Numbered from the stretch's first letter, positions 9,580 to 18,957 are shown. The stretch: DNA of 64,000 nt from an uncultured delta proteobacterium (GCA_963745035.1 CAVUVW010000019.1:1-64000), one strand, 5' to 3'. The notes: generated from the letters alone by a model not told the origin. A program made the numbers and translations.

Positions 9580-10017
9580 TTACTGAGTCTTTTTCATCCC
9601 GCGACCCATGCGTTCCGACATCTGCTTCATCATGCCGGACATATCTCCCATCATCTTGGACATCTCCGACATCTGTTCGGGTGTCATCTTGCCGCTCTCC
9701 ATCATGTGACCCATGTTGCTCATCATGCCCGACATGTCGCCCATCGTACCGCCCATACCTTTCATCTCGTCGCTCTTCATCATGCCCTGGCCCTTCATCA
9801 TCCCCCCCATGCCCTTCTTCATCTCCATCATAGTGCCGTGCATCTCCTTCATCTTGCTCATGTCCATCCCGCCGCCCTGCATCCCTTCGCCTTTCATGGG
9901 CATGCCTTCCTTCATCGGCATCTGTCCTTTCATCGGCATGTCCTTTTTTTCCTGCGCTAGTAAAGGCACAGCAGCGACTGCCGTTGACAACAAAACCGCT
10001 AGAATAATTCTCTTCAT
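9580..10017 (-). CDS. Secreted methionine-rich protein
   Basis: Start MKRIILAVLL after SD AGGAG; signal peptide; about 40 Met in 145 aa. Confidence 0.8.
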   Translation of the reverse strand: MKRIILAVLLSTAVAAVPLLAQEKKDMPMKGQMPMKEGMPMKGEGMQGGGMDMSKMKEMHGTMMEMKKGMGGMMKGQGMMKSDEMKGMGGTMGDMSGMMSNMGHMMESGKMTPEQMSEMSKMMGDMSGMMKQMSERMGRGMKKTQ

Positions 10018-10046
10018 GATATTCTCCTGTTTGATTTTTTCCGTGG

Positions 10047-10457
10047 TCACTCCAAATTCCAAGTAAACGTTCTTTCTTTGACTCCGGCAACGTCCTTAAT
10101 GATGAGCTCAATCCGTTTGGCTCCCGGCGAGAGCTTGGGAAAAGTAACGACGGACTCGCGGTGATGCCCGCCGCCTTTGTTCTCGATCGCCTTGGGGACA
10201 TAACTCTTGCCGGTGTCATCGCGCAGAACGGCGACGGTCTTGATGTCATAGGTATCGAGATTGACCGAGTGCGTGTCGAGCACGACCTGGAATCGCGGAT
10301 CATCGGCGCTCGTTGAACTCAAAAAAGTCACCTTTGCCGTGACACCGCCGCCGGCGACACTTTGCGTTGAGTTGGTTGCTGCCGCCCCGAATGTTTCGCT
10401 ATTGATCAATACGAGCGCGAAAGCGATCGTCGTTGTAAAAAGTCTGAAGACCTTCAT
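10047..10457 (-). CDS. Secreted hypothetical protein with DTHS and GGGHHR motifs
   Basis: 136 aa, SD AGGAGGG, signal peptide, beta-rich. Confidence 0.75.
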   Translation of the reverse strand: MKVFRLFTTTIAFALVLINSETFGAAATNSTQSVAGGGVTAKVTFLSSTSADDPRFQVVLDTHSVNLDTYDIKTVAVLRDDTGKSYVPKAIENKGGGHHRESVVTFPKLSPGAKRIELIIKDVAGVKERTFTWNLE

Positions 10458-10519
10458 GCTCAGTTCCCTCCTAACTAACTAGAACGATCCGAAAAAGTGA
10501 TAGCGGATAGGGGAAAGAG

Positions 10520-10957
10520 CTAAATTCTAAGTCGGGGGATTGAGAGATGTGGTGATAAACGAGGCTTCGCTGATAGCTGGATCGACGCCGGCACGCCGCG
10601 GCCGGTTAAGGCGCTCGCCGTTGCATTTAACAATGCCGCCGGCAAAAACGCGTTTACGACATCATCTTTGGGTACTTCCAGGCGAAAAATCGAAGTTACC
10701 CCTAACCAAAGCTTCAAAAGCGGACTTTCCGTGCAGTGAATTCTTGACGACGGCTTCTGGCGGAGTTCAACGGCAACGGCAGGAGATGAGTACGCGCGAT
10801 TGCTTGTCGCTAAGGCCGACGTCGTCTGAACTGGATGGATGTGGTCCGCCGACTCACTGTCGCTCAAGCAATGCTGCAATGCCCACGCGACTCCCGCGTT
10901 AGTGAGGATGATCGAAAGGCCGAGGATCGCAATGATTTTCGCTGATGAAAGGTTCAT
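10520..10957 (-). CDS. Putative regulatory leader protein (ends LRI*)
   Basis: MNLSSAKIIAILGLSIILTNAGVAWALQHC..DHIH..RIHC..SPHLSIPRLRI-TAG; start uncertain (ORF track gives 11008). Confidence 0.65.
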   Translation of the reverse strand: MNLSSAKIIAILGLSIILTNAGVAWALQHCLSDSESADHIHPVQTTSALATSNRAYSSPAVAVELRQKPSSRIHCTESPLLKLWLGVTSIFRLEVPKDDVVNAFLPAALLNATASALTGRGVPASIQLSAKPRLSPHLSIPRLRI

Positions 10958-11158
10958 TTCATGACCCCACTCTCGCGCATAAGCGCAACGTATATGCCAC
11001 GTCGTCAAAACGTAAAAAAGTCAGGTAAATACATCAGCCGAGCCGCCATAACTTCCCAAAGGTGAGAGTAACCTCGTCTTTAGTTCGCAAACGTGACAAC
11101 TGGCTATCTCATTCCTTACTCTGCCTCTCGACCAAGCTGACGCTTGAAACGGGGTTAA

Positions 11159-11365
11159 TTACAGCGTGCCTTTTCTTTCTTGCACTGGTGGACACGGTAC
11201 GTCGCCGTAGGAACAGAACACACAGCAATGCCCCTCATTGGCCTTGAGTACTTGGTGACAGCCATTGCATTCATAAAAGAACTGGCAATAGTCGGTCGGC
11301 ATCGTTAAATATTCCGTACGACCGCAGTGAGGGCAGGTAAGTGTACTTGCGACAATGATTTGCAT
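11159..11365 (-). CDS. GDCCVxC-domain small Cys-rich protein
   Basis: TCPHCG..MPTDYCQFFYECNGC..GHCCVFCSYGDVPCPP. Confidence 0.88.
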   Translation of the reverse strand: MQIIVASTLTCPHCGRTEYLTMPTDYCQFFYECNGCHQVLKANEGHCCVFCSYGDVPCPPVQERKGTL

Positions 11366-11436
11366 GGCGACTCCGTTCCTGGTGTGGTGACTGACGATTT
11401 TGTAACGTAACTCAATCCTGACTCCGGCAACCCGGA

Positions 11437-12855
11437 TCAGAGTCCGGGGTAGACCTCGATGCCATCCCGGCGGAGATCCTCATCGGTTGCTGTGAGCGCG
11501 ACGGTTCCGGGTGGGTGTTTATACCAGCCCGGGTCTTCGTCGTAGCTCTGCAATTGATCGCGTACTTTTATGATCGTGAACAGCCCGCCCATCGAGATAT
11601 AATCGCCGAACGGACCCGATGCACCTTTCATCGAAATCGTGTTGCGCGGGTAAGGCATAACCTCGGCCATCTTGCCCATATCCATGCCGGTGTGACCCAT
11701 GGTCATATACGCCGGCAGCAGAGGCCGGAGTTTTTCGTCCAGTCCCTGCGGATCGACGCCGACCATGTTGGGAAAATCATGTCCCATCTGGTTCATCACA
11801 TGGTGTGTCATGTGACAGTGAAACGCCCAGTCGCCTGGCGCATCCGAGATAAACTCGATATTGCGCGTTTGGCCGACGCCGACGAGAACCGTCGATTCCG
11901 GCCATTGCGCGGATAGCGGGATTTCCTCTCCGTCAGTTGCTGTCACCCGGAAATGATGTCCATGAATATGCATCGGGTGGTGGTCGGTCGCTCCCAAGTT
12001 GCCCAAACGAATGCGCACCTTGTCGCCCGTCTTGCAGACCAATGGCGCCGTCGAGGGAAAGACTTTGCCGTTGATCGTGAGAACGTTGAAGTCCGTCATC
12101 TCCAGTGTATTCGGACGAGACGTTCCCGCCGGAATCGCCCACTCGCTGATCATCAACGAGAAGTCCCGATCGACGTGATACTCCGGCCGCGGATTTCTCG
12201 GATGGATGATAAACATGCCGATCATCCCCATGCCCATCTGGGTCATCTCGTCATGATGCGAGTGGAACATCTGCGTGCCGTACTGGCGCAAGGTGAACTC
12301 ATATTTCGCCGTTTCGCCGGATTTGATGTGTGGCTGAGTGAGCCCCCCGACGCCGTCCATGCCATTGGGAAGATTGAAACCGTGCCAGTGAATGGATGTA
12401 GCTACCTTTAGGCGATTGGTCACATAGATGCGCACCCTCTCGCCTTCGACGGCTTCGATGTGAGTGCTGTTCACACGGCCGTTGAAGCCCCAACACTTGA
12501 CGCGCAGACCGGCGTCGAACTGGTGATCGACTTCTTCGGCAATCAGGTGAAAGACTTTGACGCCGTCCATGATCTTGAACGGGAGAGCCGCTCCATTCGG
12601 AACGACGACTGGTTTGTAACCTCTACCCGGAAGGACGGGCGCTAGCGGTTTAACATCGACAGGGCCGCCGCTATAACTCTTTTCCCAGTAGGGTCGATCG
12701 CCTCCACGTTGCGAGTTGTAGCCTCTGAACGGTCTGTAATCTGCCCCGGAGCCTCCGTGGTTTGTGGCATGTGCTTCCCTCTGGGACAACGCGACACCTG
12801 CAAGAGTGGCAGCGCCGATTCCTAGGATTTCGCGCCGGGATATTTTTTTGCTCAT
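11437..12855 (-). CDS. Tat-exported multicopper oxidase
   Basis: SRREIL Tat motif; IHWHG, FHSH, HPMHIHGH, FHCHMTHH copper motifs. Confidence 0.93.
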   Translation of the reverse strand: MSKKISRREILGIGAATLAGVALSQREAHATNHGGSGADYRPFRGYNSQRGGDRPYWEKSYSGGPVDVKPLAPVLPGRGYKPVVVPNGAALPFKIMDGVKVFHLIAEEVDHQFDAGLRVKCWGFNGRVNSTHIEAVEGERVRIYVTNRLKVATSIHWHGFNLPNGMDGVGGLTQPHIKSGETAKYEFTLRQYGTQMFHSHHDEMTQMGMGMIGMFIIHPRNPRPEYHVDRDFSLMISEWAIPAGTSRPNTLEMTDFNVLTINGKVFPSTAPLVCKTGDKVRIRLGNLGATDHHPMHIHGHHFRVTATDGEEIPLSAQWPESTVLVGVGQTRNIEFISDAPGDWAFHCHMTHHVMNQMGHDFPNMVGVDPQGLDEKLRPLLPAYMTMGHTGMDMGKMAEVMPYPRNTISMKGASGPFGDYISMGGLFTIIKVRDQLQSYDEDPGWYKHPPGTVALTATDEDLRRDGIEVYPGL

Positions 12856-12870
12856 GTTTGCTCCTTCGAA

Positions 12871-14292
12871 CTAATGCCCCGCAGTTCCGGTTGGCCGATT
12901 GGGCTCGGCCGAAGCCGCAGCCCGGATTGCGCCATTAGGGCTTGGCAATCGTCCAGCTAAAATTTGCCCGATGTCTGCTCGTGCGAGCCAGTAATCACGC
13001 AGCGCTTCGACGTAGCCGACGGCGGTTTGAATCTGCTGCTCACGGGCGCGCAAAAGCCGAAAGGGTCCGAGCTGCATGGCGTTGTAGTGGAGCTGGGTTT
13101 CATTGACGATCCGCTCATGCAGTGGCAAGAGAATGTCGCGATAATAGCTGGCGCGGTCGCTGGCTCCCTCCAACCGGTCGCGTGCTGCACGCGCTTGCCC
13201 CCTGATTCGAACTCCGAGGGAGTAATACTCCAGTTGAGAACGCCGCAGCTCAGCCGCGGTTCGTCCAAAGGCCGCTTGGCCTTGGTCGAACAGGGGAAGC
13301 ATGAAATCGATTCTCGGTCCGACTGCCCACGAACCATCGCTTCGTTCAGCTTCGGGTCCGGCGCTGAATTCCGGAATAAGGGCAGTCCATCTGGTTAATC
13401 CCAATTGCTCTCCCGAACTTACGATGCGCTGTTTCGCTTGGACGAGATCCAAGCTCCGCTCGAGAGAAACATGTTCGATGTCGGTTGTGTCGAGCGGCTG
13501 ATTAGGGAGTTCGGGCAGACGACCAGCGCTTTGCCATTGGGTTTGCGGTCCCCAAACTCCCATCAGGGCGTTCAACTCTTCGCGGCTCTGACGTACTGAA
13601 ACTTCGGCGGCCCTGAGCGCCAACTTGCCGGCTTCTAACTGAGCCCTTTCAGAGAAGTAGTCGAGATCCGAGAGATTGCCGGCTTGATAGAGTCGGTGCG
13701 CTATTTCGAACGAGGCCGCGAGAGCCTGAGCGATAGTCTGACGCAGTTCGAGTATCTGCTCGTCGGCCTCGTAGGTGTAAAAGGCTTTGCGTACCCGCCC
13801 TGCGAGATCCAGCACGGCGCCAGTCACGCGGGTCTTCGTTTCTTCAAATCGAGCCGCCGCTACACGTTTGCGCAACGGGATGTATAAGAGATTCAAGAAA
13901 TTCATCGCTGCTCCGAGCTCAAGGTCCGGTCGGCCTCCGCCGGAAACTGGAAATTTGACCGCGGCGTCGAAAATGGGATTGCTCAGAAGACCTGCCTGCA
14001 CGACGTCGGCCTGGGCGACCCCGAGATCGGAGTACACGGCTTGTAAGTCGCGATTATTGAGCAGAGCTACTTGCACGGCCGTGTCGGCTGTCAGTTTTTG
14101 CTTTAGCAAAGCACCGATTTTTTCTGCTGCTTGTTTGTCCAGCTCACTGCCGGCGTTCCACGCAATCTCCAGCGGGCGCCGCTGTTCTACCGCGGCCTTT
14201 ACATCTTGGAATCCTGCATCCAGGCTCATTGACACGCAGCCGCTCAACACCGAGCCGATAGTGCAGAACCCGACAATCTTTGCCAGAATCAT
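12871..14292 (-). CDS. TolC-family lipoprotein associated with the copper oxidase
   Basis: LSGC lipobox, AVQVALLNNRDLQ, AGLLSNP, YNAMQ, LRDYWLAR. Confidence 0.88.
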   Translation of the reverse strand: MILAKIVGFCTIGSVLSGCVSMSLDAGFQDVKAAVEQRRPLEIAWNAGSELDKQAAEKIGALLKQKLTADTAVQVALLNNRDLQAVYSDLGVAQADVVQAGLLSNPIFDAAVKFPVSGGGRPDLELGAAMNFLNLLYIPLRKRVAAARFEETKTRVTGAVLDLAGRVRKAFYTYEADEQILELRQTIAQALAASFEIAHRLYQAGNLSDLDYFSERAQLEAGKLALRAAEVSVRQSREELNALMGVWGPQTQWQSAGRLPELPNQPLDTTDIEHVSLERSLDLVQAKQRIVSSGEQLGLTRWTALIPEFSAGPEAERSDGSWAVGPRIDFMLPLFDQGQAAFGRTAAELRRSQLEYYSLGVRIRGQARAARDRLEGASDRASYYRDILLPLHERIVNETQLHYNAMQLGPFRLLRAREQQIQTAVGYVEALRDYWLARADIGQILAGRLPSPNGAIRAAASAEPNRPTGTAGH

Positions 14293-14311
14293 GTGTGGCT
14301 CTCCCGCGCGG

Positions 14312-14769
14312 TCATTTCATTCTTTCGATCTTGACGATGGTTTTTTTCGGTACGTCAATGGTGAAGCGAACCTGATCGCCGGCTTTGAGGCCTTCAAGTA
14401 AAGAGGACGGTTCGACCCGATAGCCCATCGTCATCGCATCCATGAAGCCTTTGATCTCGCCGTGTTCCACCACAAGCTGACTTGCGCTCGGAACCGTCGC
14501 GACCACTTTGCCTTCGCCCAGTCACGGTTTTCTGTCCGTTCGACTCAGCCGCCGGATGATGGCCTTCATGTCCGCTTTGGGCGGCTGAGCAGCGAGGCGG
14601 CCGGAACATCTTCCCGGCTATATGCGAGGGTTTTCGATTGCGGCAGTGGAGGTGTAGCGATAGCCTGCGCATTCGCAGGATGGTTCAAACTCAGCGGCTC
14701 AACTGATAGGGTGCGCACCCAGCGAGACCGATAAAGACCATTCCGAACAAGAATTCGTTTTATTTTCAT
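14312..14769 (-). CDS. CusF-like copper-binding lipoprotein, frameshifted in this assembly
   Basis: Fragments in different frames: MKIKRILV, GMVFIGLAGC (lipobox), LNHPANAQA, SGHEGHH, GEGKVVATVP..EHGEIKGFMDAMTMGY; SD AGGAG. Confidence 0.72.
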
Positions 14770-14802
14770 CTTCTACTCCTTTCCGGCGTTTATATCCGTG
14801 CT

Positions 14803-14828
14803 GACGCAGAAGCCGGCATACAATTACA
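14803..14828 (-). promoter_or_regulatory. Candidate ECF promoter for the cusF-like/tolC/oxidase operon
   Basis: TGTAAT-16 nt-CGTC immediately after the ECF gene. Confidence 0.45.
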
Positions 14829-14838
14829 CCGCGTCACT

Positions 14839-15384
14839 TTAGCCGGCGGTTTCGGCGTGTGCGCCGCAGTGGCAGTCCAAACAGCCATGCCTGGCGCAGA
14901 CACGACAGTTTTCCTCCAGCCGTTCTTTGAGCTGTTGACGGGCTCGGTGCAGCCGCACGTTGAGATTGTTCTTGGTGATACGGAGTTTTGCAGCAACGGC
15001 TTGCGGATCTCCTTCGTTCAGGTCGAGTTCGCGGATCAGCTCAGCATATTGCGGTGTCATGGTGGGCAGGAGCCGTTCCATGCACGCGCAGACTACGCGT
15101 TCTTCGTCGACATCGGGCGTCGAATTGACCTCCCGTCCGAAATCTTCAAGCGCACGGCCGCGCGCATCGCGCCGACGATAGAGATCGATTATCGTGCGGC
15201 GCAGGATTCTATAGAACCACGCCTTCGCGCTTTCCTGGTCGCGAAGTTGATCCGCCGCTTTGAGGGCCTTGAGTAGACTTTCTTGGACTGCATCGGCGGC
15301 GAGATCCGGATCGCCGAGACGCTTGCGAGCAAAGCGGACAAACTCATTGACGTTTTCCAATAAGAGAGATTCGATTTTTTCCAT
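14839..15384 (-). CDS. ECF sigma factor with Cys-rich C-terminus (CorE/SigZ-like)
   Basis: DAVQESLLK, AWFYRILR, CAC linker, RLHRAR, CRVCARHGCLDCHC tail; no adjacent anti-sigma. Confidence 0.9.
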   Translation of the reverse strand: MEKIESLLLENVNEFVRFARKRLGDPDLAADAVQESLLKALKAADQLRDQESAKAWFYRILRRTIIDLYRRRDARGRALEDFGREVNSTPDVDEERVVCACMERLLPTMTPQYAELIRELDLNEGDPQAVAAKLRITKNNLNVRLHRARQQLKERLEENCRVCARHGCLDCHCGAHAETAG

Positions 15385-15386
15385 TA

Positions 15387-16088
15387 TTACTTCCGCTGTG
15401 TTGTCGGTTGAGGCTTCGTGATCTTGCTGATCACACGTTTTTCTGTGTCGATAGTGAAGTGTACCGTGTCACCGGGTTTGACAGTTTTGAGCATCGCCGG
15501 GGAACTGACTTTGTAACCCATGGTCATGGCCTCCATGAATCCCTTTATCTCGCCATGTGTTAAAACGATTTCACCATTTTCCGGAACCACCGCGACGACC
15601 TGACCCTGCGCGCTGACTGTTTTAGGCACGCCTTTGGGTTTAAGCGACGCCACATATGCCGAAACATCGATCAATTCGCGCACCGTCATCTTCTCGGTAA
15701 AGTCGGTCATCGGAGATTTACCGTCCGATTCCCGGTAAGCCTTAGGAACGACGGCATTGGGATTGAGGATTGATTCCGCGAAGAACTCGACGGGGTGCAT
15801 CGGCCCCATTTGACTCAGCTCGGGCGCGCTTTCCGTTGGACCCGGAAACCCTTCGCCGCGAACCTCGTGGCAGTAGTAACATTCGAATTTTTCGAAGACC
15901 GTTTTGCCTTTGGCAGGGTCACCTTTGGGCATCATGAAGCGCCACCCATGAGGATGATGGGAGTCGATGGACCGCGGCGCCGGCGCGGAGGATACCTTGC
16001 CGGTGTGTTTAGAAGCTGAGGAGGGTGCGATCAAAAACAGAGAACTCGTTACAATGCATGCGAGCGTGAGTAAAACTCGAGCGATCAT
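15387..16088 (-). CDS. Cytochrome c / CusF-like fusion protein
   Basis: Start MIARVLL at 16088 (SD GAGAGG); GDPAKGK..CYYCH heme motif, ESILNP; C-terminal THGEIKGFMEAMTMGY. Confidence 0.82.
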   Translation of the reverse strand: MIARVLLTLACIVTSSLFLIAPSSASKHTGKVSSAPAPRSIDSHHPHGWRFMMPKGDPAKGKTVFEKFECYYCHEVRGEGFPGPTESAPELSQMGPMHPVEFFAESILNPNAVVPKAYRESDGKSPMTDFTEKMTVRELIDVSAYVASLKPKGVPKTVSAQGQVVAVVPENGEIVLTHGEIKGFMEAMTMGYKVSSPAMLKTVKPGDTVHFTIDTEKRVISKITKPQPTTQRK

Positions 16089-16195
16089 AGTAGAACCTCT
16101 CGCCGATCGACGGCCGTAACGGTCTTGGCCGGTCAAGGGTCGACACGTTGCAGAGCTGACGAACGAAAAAATACGACGAAGCAGCGCGAGCGGTT

Positions 16196-16578
16196 CTAGA
16201 TACGTAGCACCGAGAGGAAGAGATACGGAGGAGTGTTGTTGGAACGGGAGTAACCGGGCGGACCGTGGAGCGAACGATACAACTGGCATGCGCTGGAACT
16301 GATCGGGGAATTTGGGAACATCGACGAGGGTGATGCGTTCAACGCGATCGTTCTTGCTTTGCGAAAATGATCGCGCTAAGGAGAAATACATTCAGCGTCG
16401 GACAGTGAATGACTGCATTGTCCTCGTGCTTATGGTGTGATTCGGAGTGATGATCGTGGCCATGGGCGGCGCTGCCGAATTTGGCTGGAAGAAAGGACTG
16501 CTCGCAGCTTGCCCATGCCGAAGCGGCACCGGCAAGAATTACGAATAGACAGGAAGTGATGGCAATCAGGCGTTTCAT
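16196..16578 (-). CDS. Putative regulatory leader protein (His-rich, ends HGPP...LRI*), frameshifted
   Basis: MKRLIAITSCLFVILAGAASAWASC..HGHDHHSESHHKHED..IHCP; another frame reads YRSLHGPPGYSRSNNTPPYLFLSVLRI-TAG ending at 16196. Confidence 0.65.
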
Positions 16579-16673
16579 CTACGTATCGAATCCTGCCTTA
16601 AGAATATCTATGTTTTCAAGACAATAGGCATCGACGTGTGTGTCCTAGCTGCAACCGCTTCGACTGAAGAGAG

Positions 16674-16895
16674 TCAACCTCGCGCCTGCCGTCGAAAATA
16701 CTCATACAAGTGTTGAACACCGCCGCAGCGCGGATGAGGCCGGTGTCGTCGTCTTTGTGCGACAATGCGATGCCGTCGAATCAATCTGGCAATCGAGAGT
16801 TTTCGGCTGGAATTTGCGAGCTTGAGAGCTCGGCGATGAGAGTAAGATCGACATCACGCCGCCGCTTTTCAATCACCACGTTCCTGGGAATAGCA
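16674..16895 (-). pseudogene. Degraded 3' remnant of a second chrB
   Basis: Near-copy of 17966-18200 (CGTCGAAAATACTC.TACAAGT, GTCGTCGTCTTTGTGCGACA) with indels. Confidence 0.8.
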
Positions 16896-16936
16896 GCAGT
16901 ACGCGGCCGTTGTGTTCCGGGTGTGTATTGCAGGCT

Positions 16937-17854
16937 TTAATGCCGCGGCTCTTGCATCATTTCTGGAAATTTGGACACCATTGCCTCACTCGGCATTCCC
17001 TTCAGTCTGACGCCCAACTCCTGTGACAACATCACGGCATTGGCGGCGGCATTGGCCCTCGCGTGATTGTTGTAAACTCCGAATACCGCCTTCACTGAGG
17101 GGTTGCGCGCGGCCGTTTTGATCTTTTGCGCGTGTTGCTGGATCTCTTCGCGGGAGTAGAGGTAGTCATATCTCTCCCAGCTTTCCTTGGCATGCCACCA
17201 TGCCTTTGCGTTACGGCCGTGCGCGCGAAAGTAGACGACATCGCCAATGGTTTCGGTTTCCTGCCGGATGGAGGTCTTGAACTTCGGCTCGTCAATGAGA
17301 ACTTCGCTCGCCCGGTATTCCTCAAGCAGCCGAGCGGTGTCGTCGCGATTCTCGCTCCAGCTCTTGTGACGCAGCTCGACGACCTTGGGGTAGTCGTAAA
17401 ACCACTTAAGGGTTTTCTCCAGCTCTTCGAGACTCTCGGGGCTATAATGAAAACCTGTCGGATACTGCAAGAGAAGAGCGCCCAACTTGCCGGCGTCGGC
17501 TAGAGGCAGAATGCCCGCGCGGAATTCATCGAAGTCCTTCTGCTGCGGCGGCTCCCATGCCTCATCGGATTTTTTCCGGCTGATTTTTTTTGGATGCGTG
17601 AACTTTTGCCAGAGCTTGATGGCGAACTTGAAATCGTCTGGTGTTTTCGCCGCCCAGGCACTGGTGATCTTGGCGGACGGCGGCCGGTAGAACGTCTGAT
17701 TGATCTCGCAGGTGTTGAAAATCTGCGAGAAATACTCGAGCTCATCAAAGCCCTTGGTTTTGCGCTCAGGATAGAACGCGCCATACCACCCGGCGGGAGG
17801 CTTGCCGGGATACGAAAAGCCCGACGTGCCGATTCTTATTACGCTAGCCGGCAT
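16937..17854 (-). CDS. DUF72 family protein
   Basis: IRIGTSGFSY, EINQTFY, FTH, ELRHKSW, YFRAHGRN, YDYLYS, NNH. Confidence 0.9.
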   Translation of the reverse strand: MPASVIRIGTSGFSYPGKPPAGWYGAFYPERKTKGFDELEYFSQIFNTCEINQTFYRPPSAKITSAWAAKTPDDFKFAIKLWQKFTHPKKISRKKSDEAWEPPQQKDFDEFRAGILPLADAGKLGALLLQYPTGFHYSPESLEELEKTLKWFYDYPKVVELRHKSWSENRDDTARLLEEYRASEVLIDEPKFKTSIRQETETIGDVVYFRAHGRNAKAWWHAKESWERYDYLYSREEIQQHAQKIKTAARNPSVKAVFGVYNNHARANAAANAVMLSQELGVRLKGMPSEAMVSKFPEMMQEPRH

Positions 17855-17965
17855 ACGAACAACCCTGAGCTGATTATCGGGGGCGAATTTCGTGAATTCA
17901 ACCTTACACGCGGGCGACTTCGTCGGCCGCGCGCTCAGTTCGACCTGGAGCGCCGGTTAGCTGCT

Positions 17966-18949
17966 TCAACCGCGGCTTTTTCGTCGAAAATACTCGTACA
18001 AGTCATCGAAGACCGCCGCGGCGCGGGTAAGGCGGGCGTCGTCGTCTTTGTGCGACATTGCGATACCGTCGATCAACCTGGCGATTCCGGAGGTTTCGGG
18101 GCGTTGGAATTTTGCGTCCTTGAGATCGATGTCGTGGACGATCTCGGCGATGGGAGCGAGACCGGCGTCGTGCACGCCGGTTCTGCTGAGAAGCACTTCC
18201 AAGGAGCAGGAGTCTCCCTCGTGCGTAAAATCGGCCTCGAACATATCGAAGGAAATCTCATCGGCTGCGCGCTTGTATCCTTTAGCGGGAACGAACTTAA
18301 ATTTGGCATCGGCATCGATGAAGCGGCGCACGGCCCAGGCGGTGGCCATACGATCGACGTGGATGCCTTTGCGAGTAACCCAGGTTTTTCCTTTGAGGTT
18401 TGGCGTCATGACGGTGCGGCTTGCAACCGACTTCGCGCGACTCTTGGGGCCGTCGACGCGTGCCTGGAGCTCGGCAACCAATCCTTCCGCAGTCATGCGG
18501 GCGGAAGCGCCGAAGTAGTCGATATTCAGAATCTCTCCCAAACGCTTCTTGAGCTTCATGGTCTCGGCGCCAAAGCGGATCGTCTGCTCGTCGTTTAGGG
18601 CGGCCTTGCGCGGTAGACTTTTCGACACGGCTCGGGCGGCTTCGGCAATTTGTTGGTAATCGGAGTCGCGCGCGGCTTGAAAGAGCGCCTCGACCTGCTC
18701 GTTCGACAAGCCATCCACAAAATGAGCTTCGCAAACAGTGGCGTCGCCGCCGCCGTCCGTGATCTCGCGGCTGAGCCATTGGAAGTCTTCCAGCGTTTGA
18801 TCGCTTTTGGGCAAGACGTAGACGGAATTTTTGATGGCGATCGCTCCAAGCCGCTGTAGCCGGCGCCAGATCTTCACTCGCAGGTAGTTAGGTCGCGGCG
18901 GAATCTGATGAATCAGTAGGAGCCATCGCGCATCGGATAGGTTTTGCAT
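17966..18949 (-). CDS. chrB: Chromate-responsive regulator ChrB
   Basis: WLLLIHQIP..RVKIWRRL; WVTRKGIHVDRMATAW..RFID, FTHEGDSCS, IVHDID. Confidence 0.9.
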   Translation of the reverse strand: MQNLSDARWLLLIHQIPPRPNYLRVKIWRRLQRLGAIAIKNSVYVLPKSDQTLEDFQWLSREITDGGGDATVCEAHFVDGLSNEQVEALFQAARDSDYQQIAEAARAVSKSLPRKAALNDEQTIRFGAETMKLKKRLGEILNIDYFGASARMTAEGLVAELQARVDGPKSRAKSVASRTVMTPNLKGKTWVTRKGIHVDRMATAWAVRRFIDADAKFKFVPAKGYKRAADEISFDMFEADFTHEGDSCSLEVLLSRTGVHDAGLAPIAEIVHDIDLKDAKFQRPETSGIARLIDGIAMSHKDDDARLTRAAAVFDDLYEYFRRKSRG

Positions 18950-18957
18950 ATTTGCTC

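Noticed and set aside
9076-9960. Very His-rich 294-aa plus-strand ORF
   Set aside because: Antisense shadow: its CAT codons are the complement of ATG codons in the Met-rich gene.
11159-11365. Possible selenoprotein (GDCCVxC family) linked to the sen cluster
   Set aside because: All positions are Cys codons with no in-frame TGA, and the gene is over 30 kb from senAB.
15387-16391. 334-aa version of the cytochrome-CusF gene
   Set aside because: The signal peptide and SD place the start at 16088; the upstream part overlaps the frameshifted leader.
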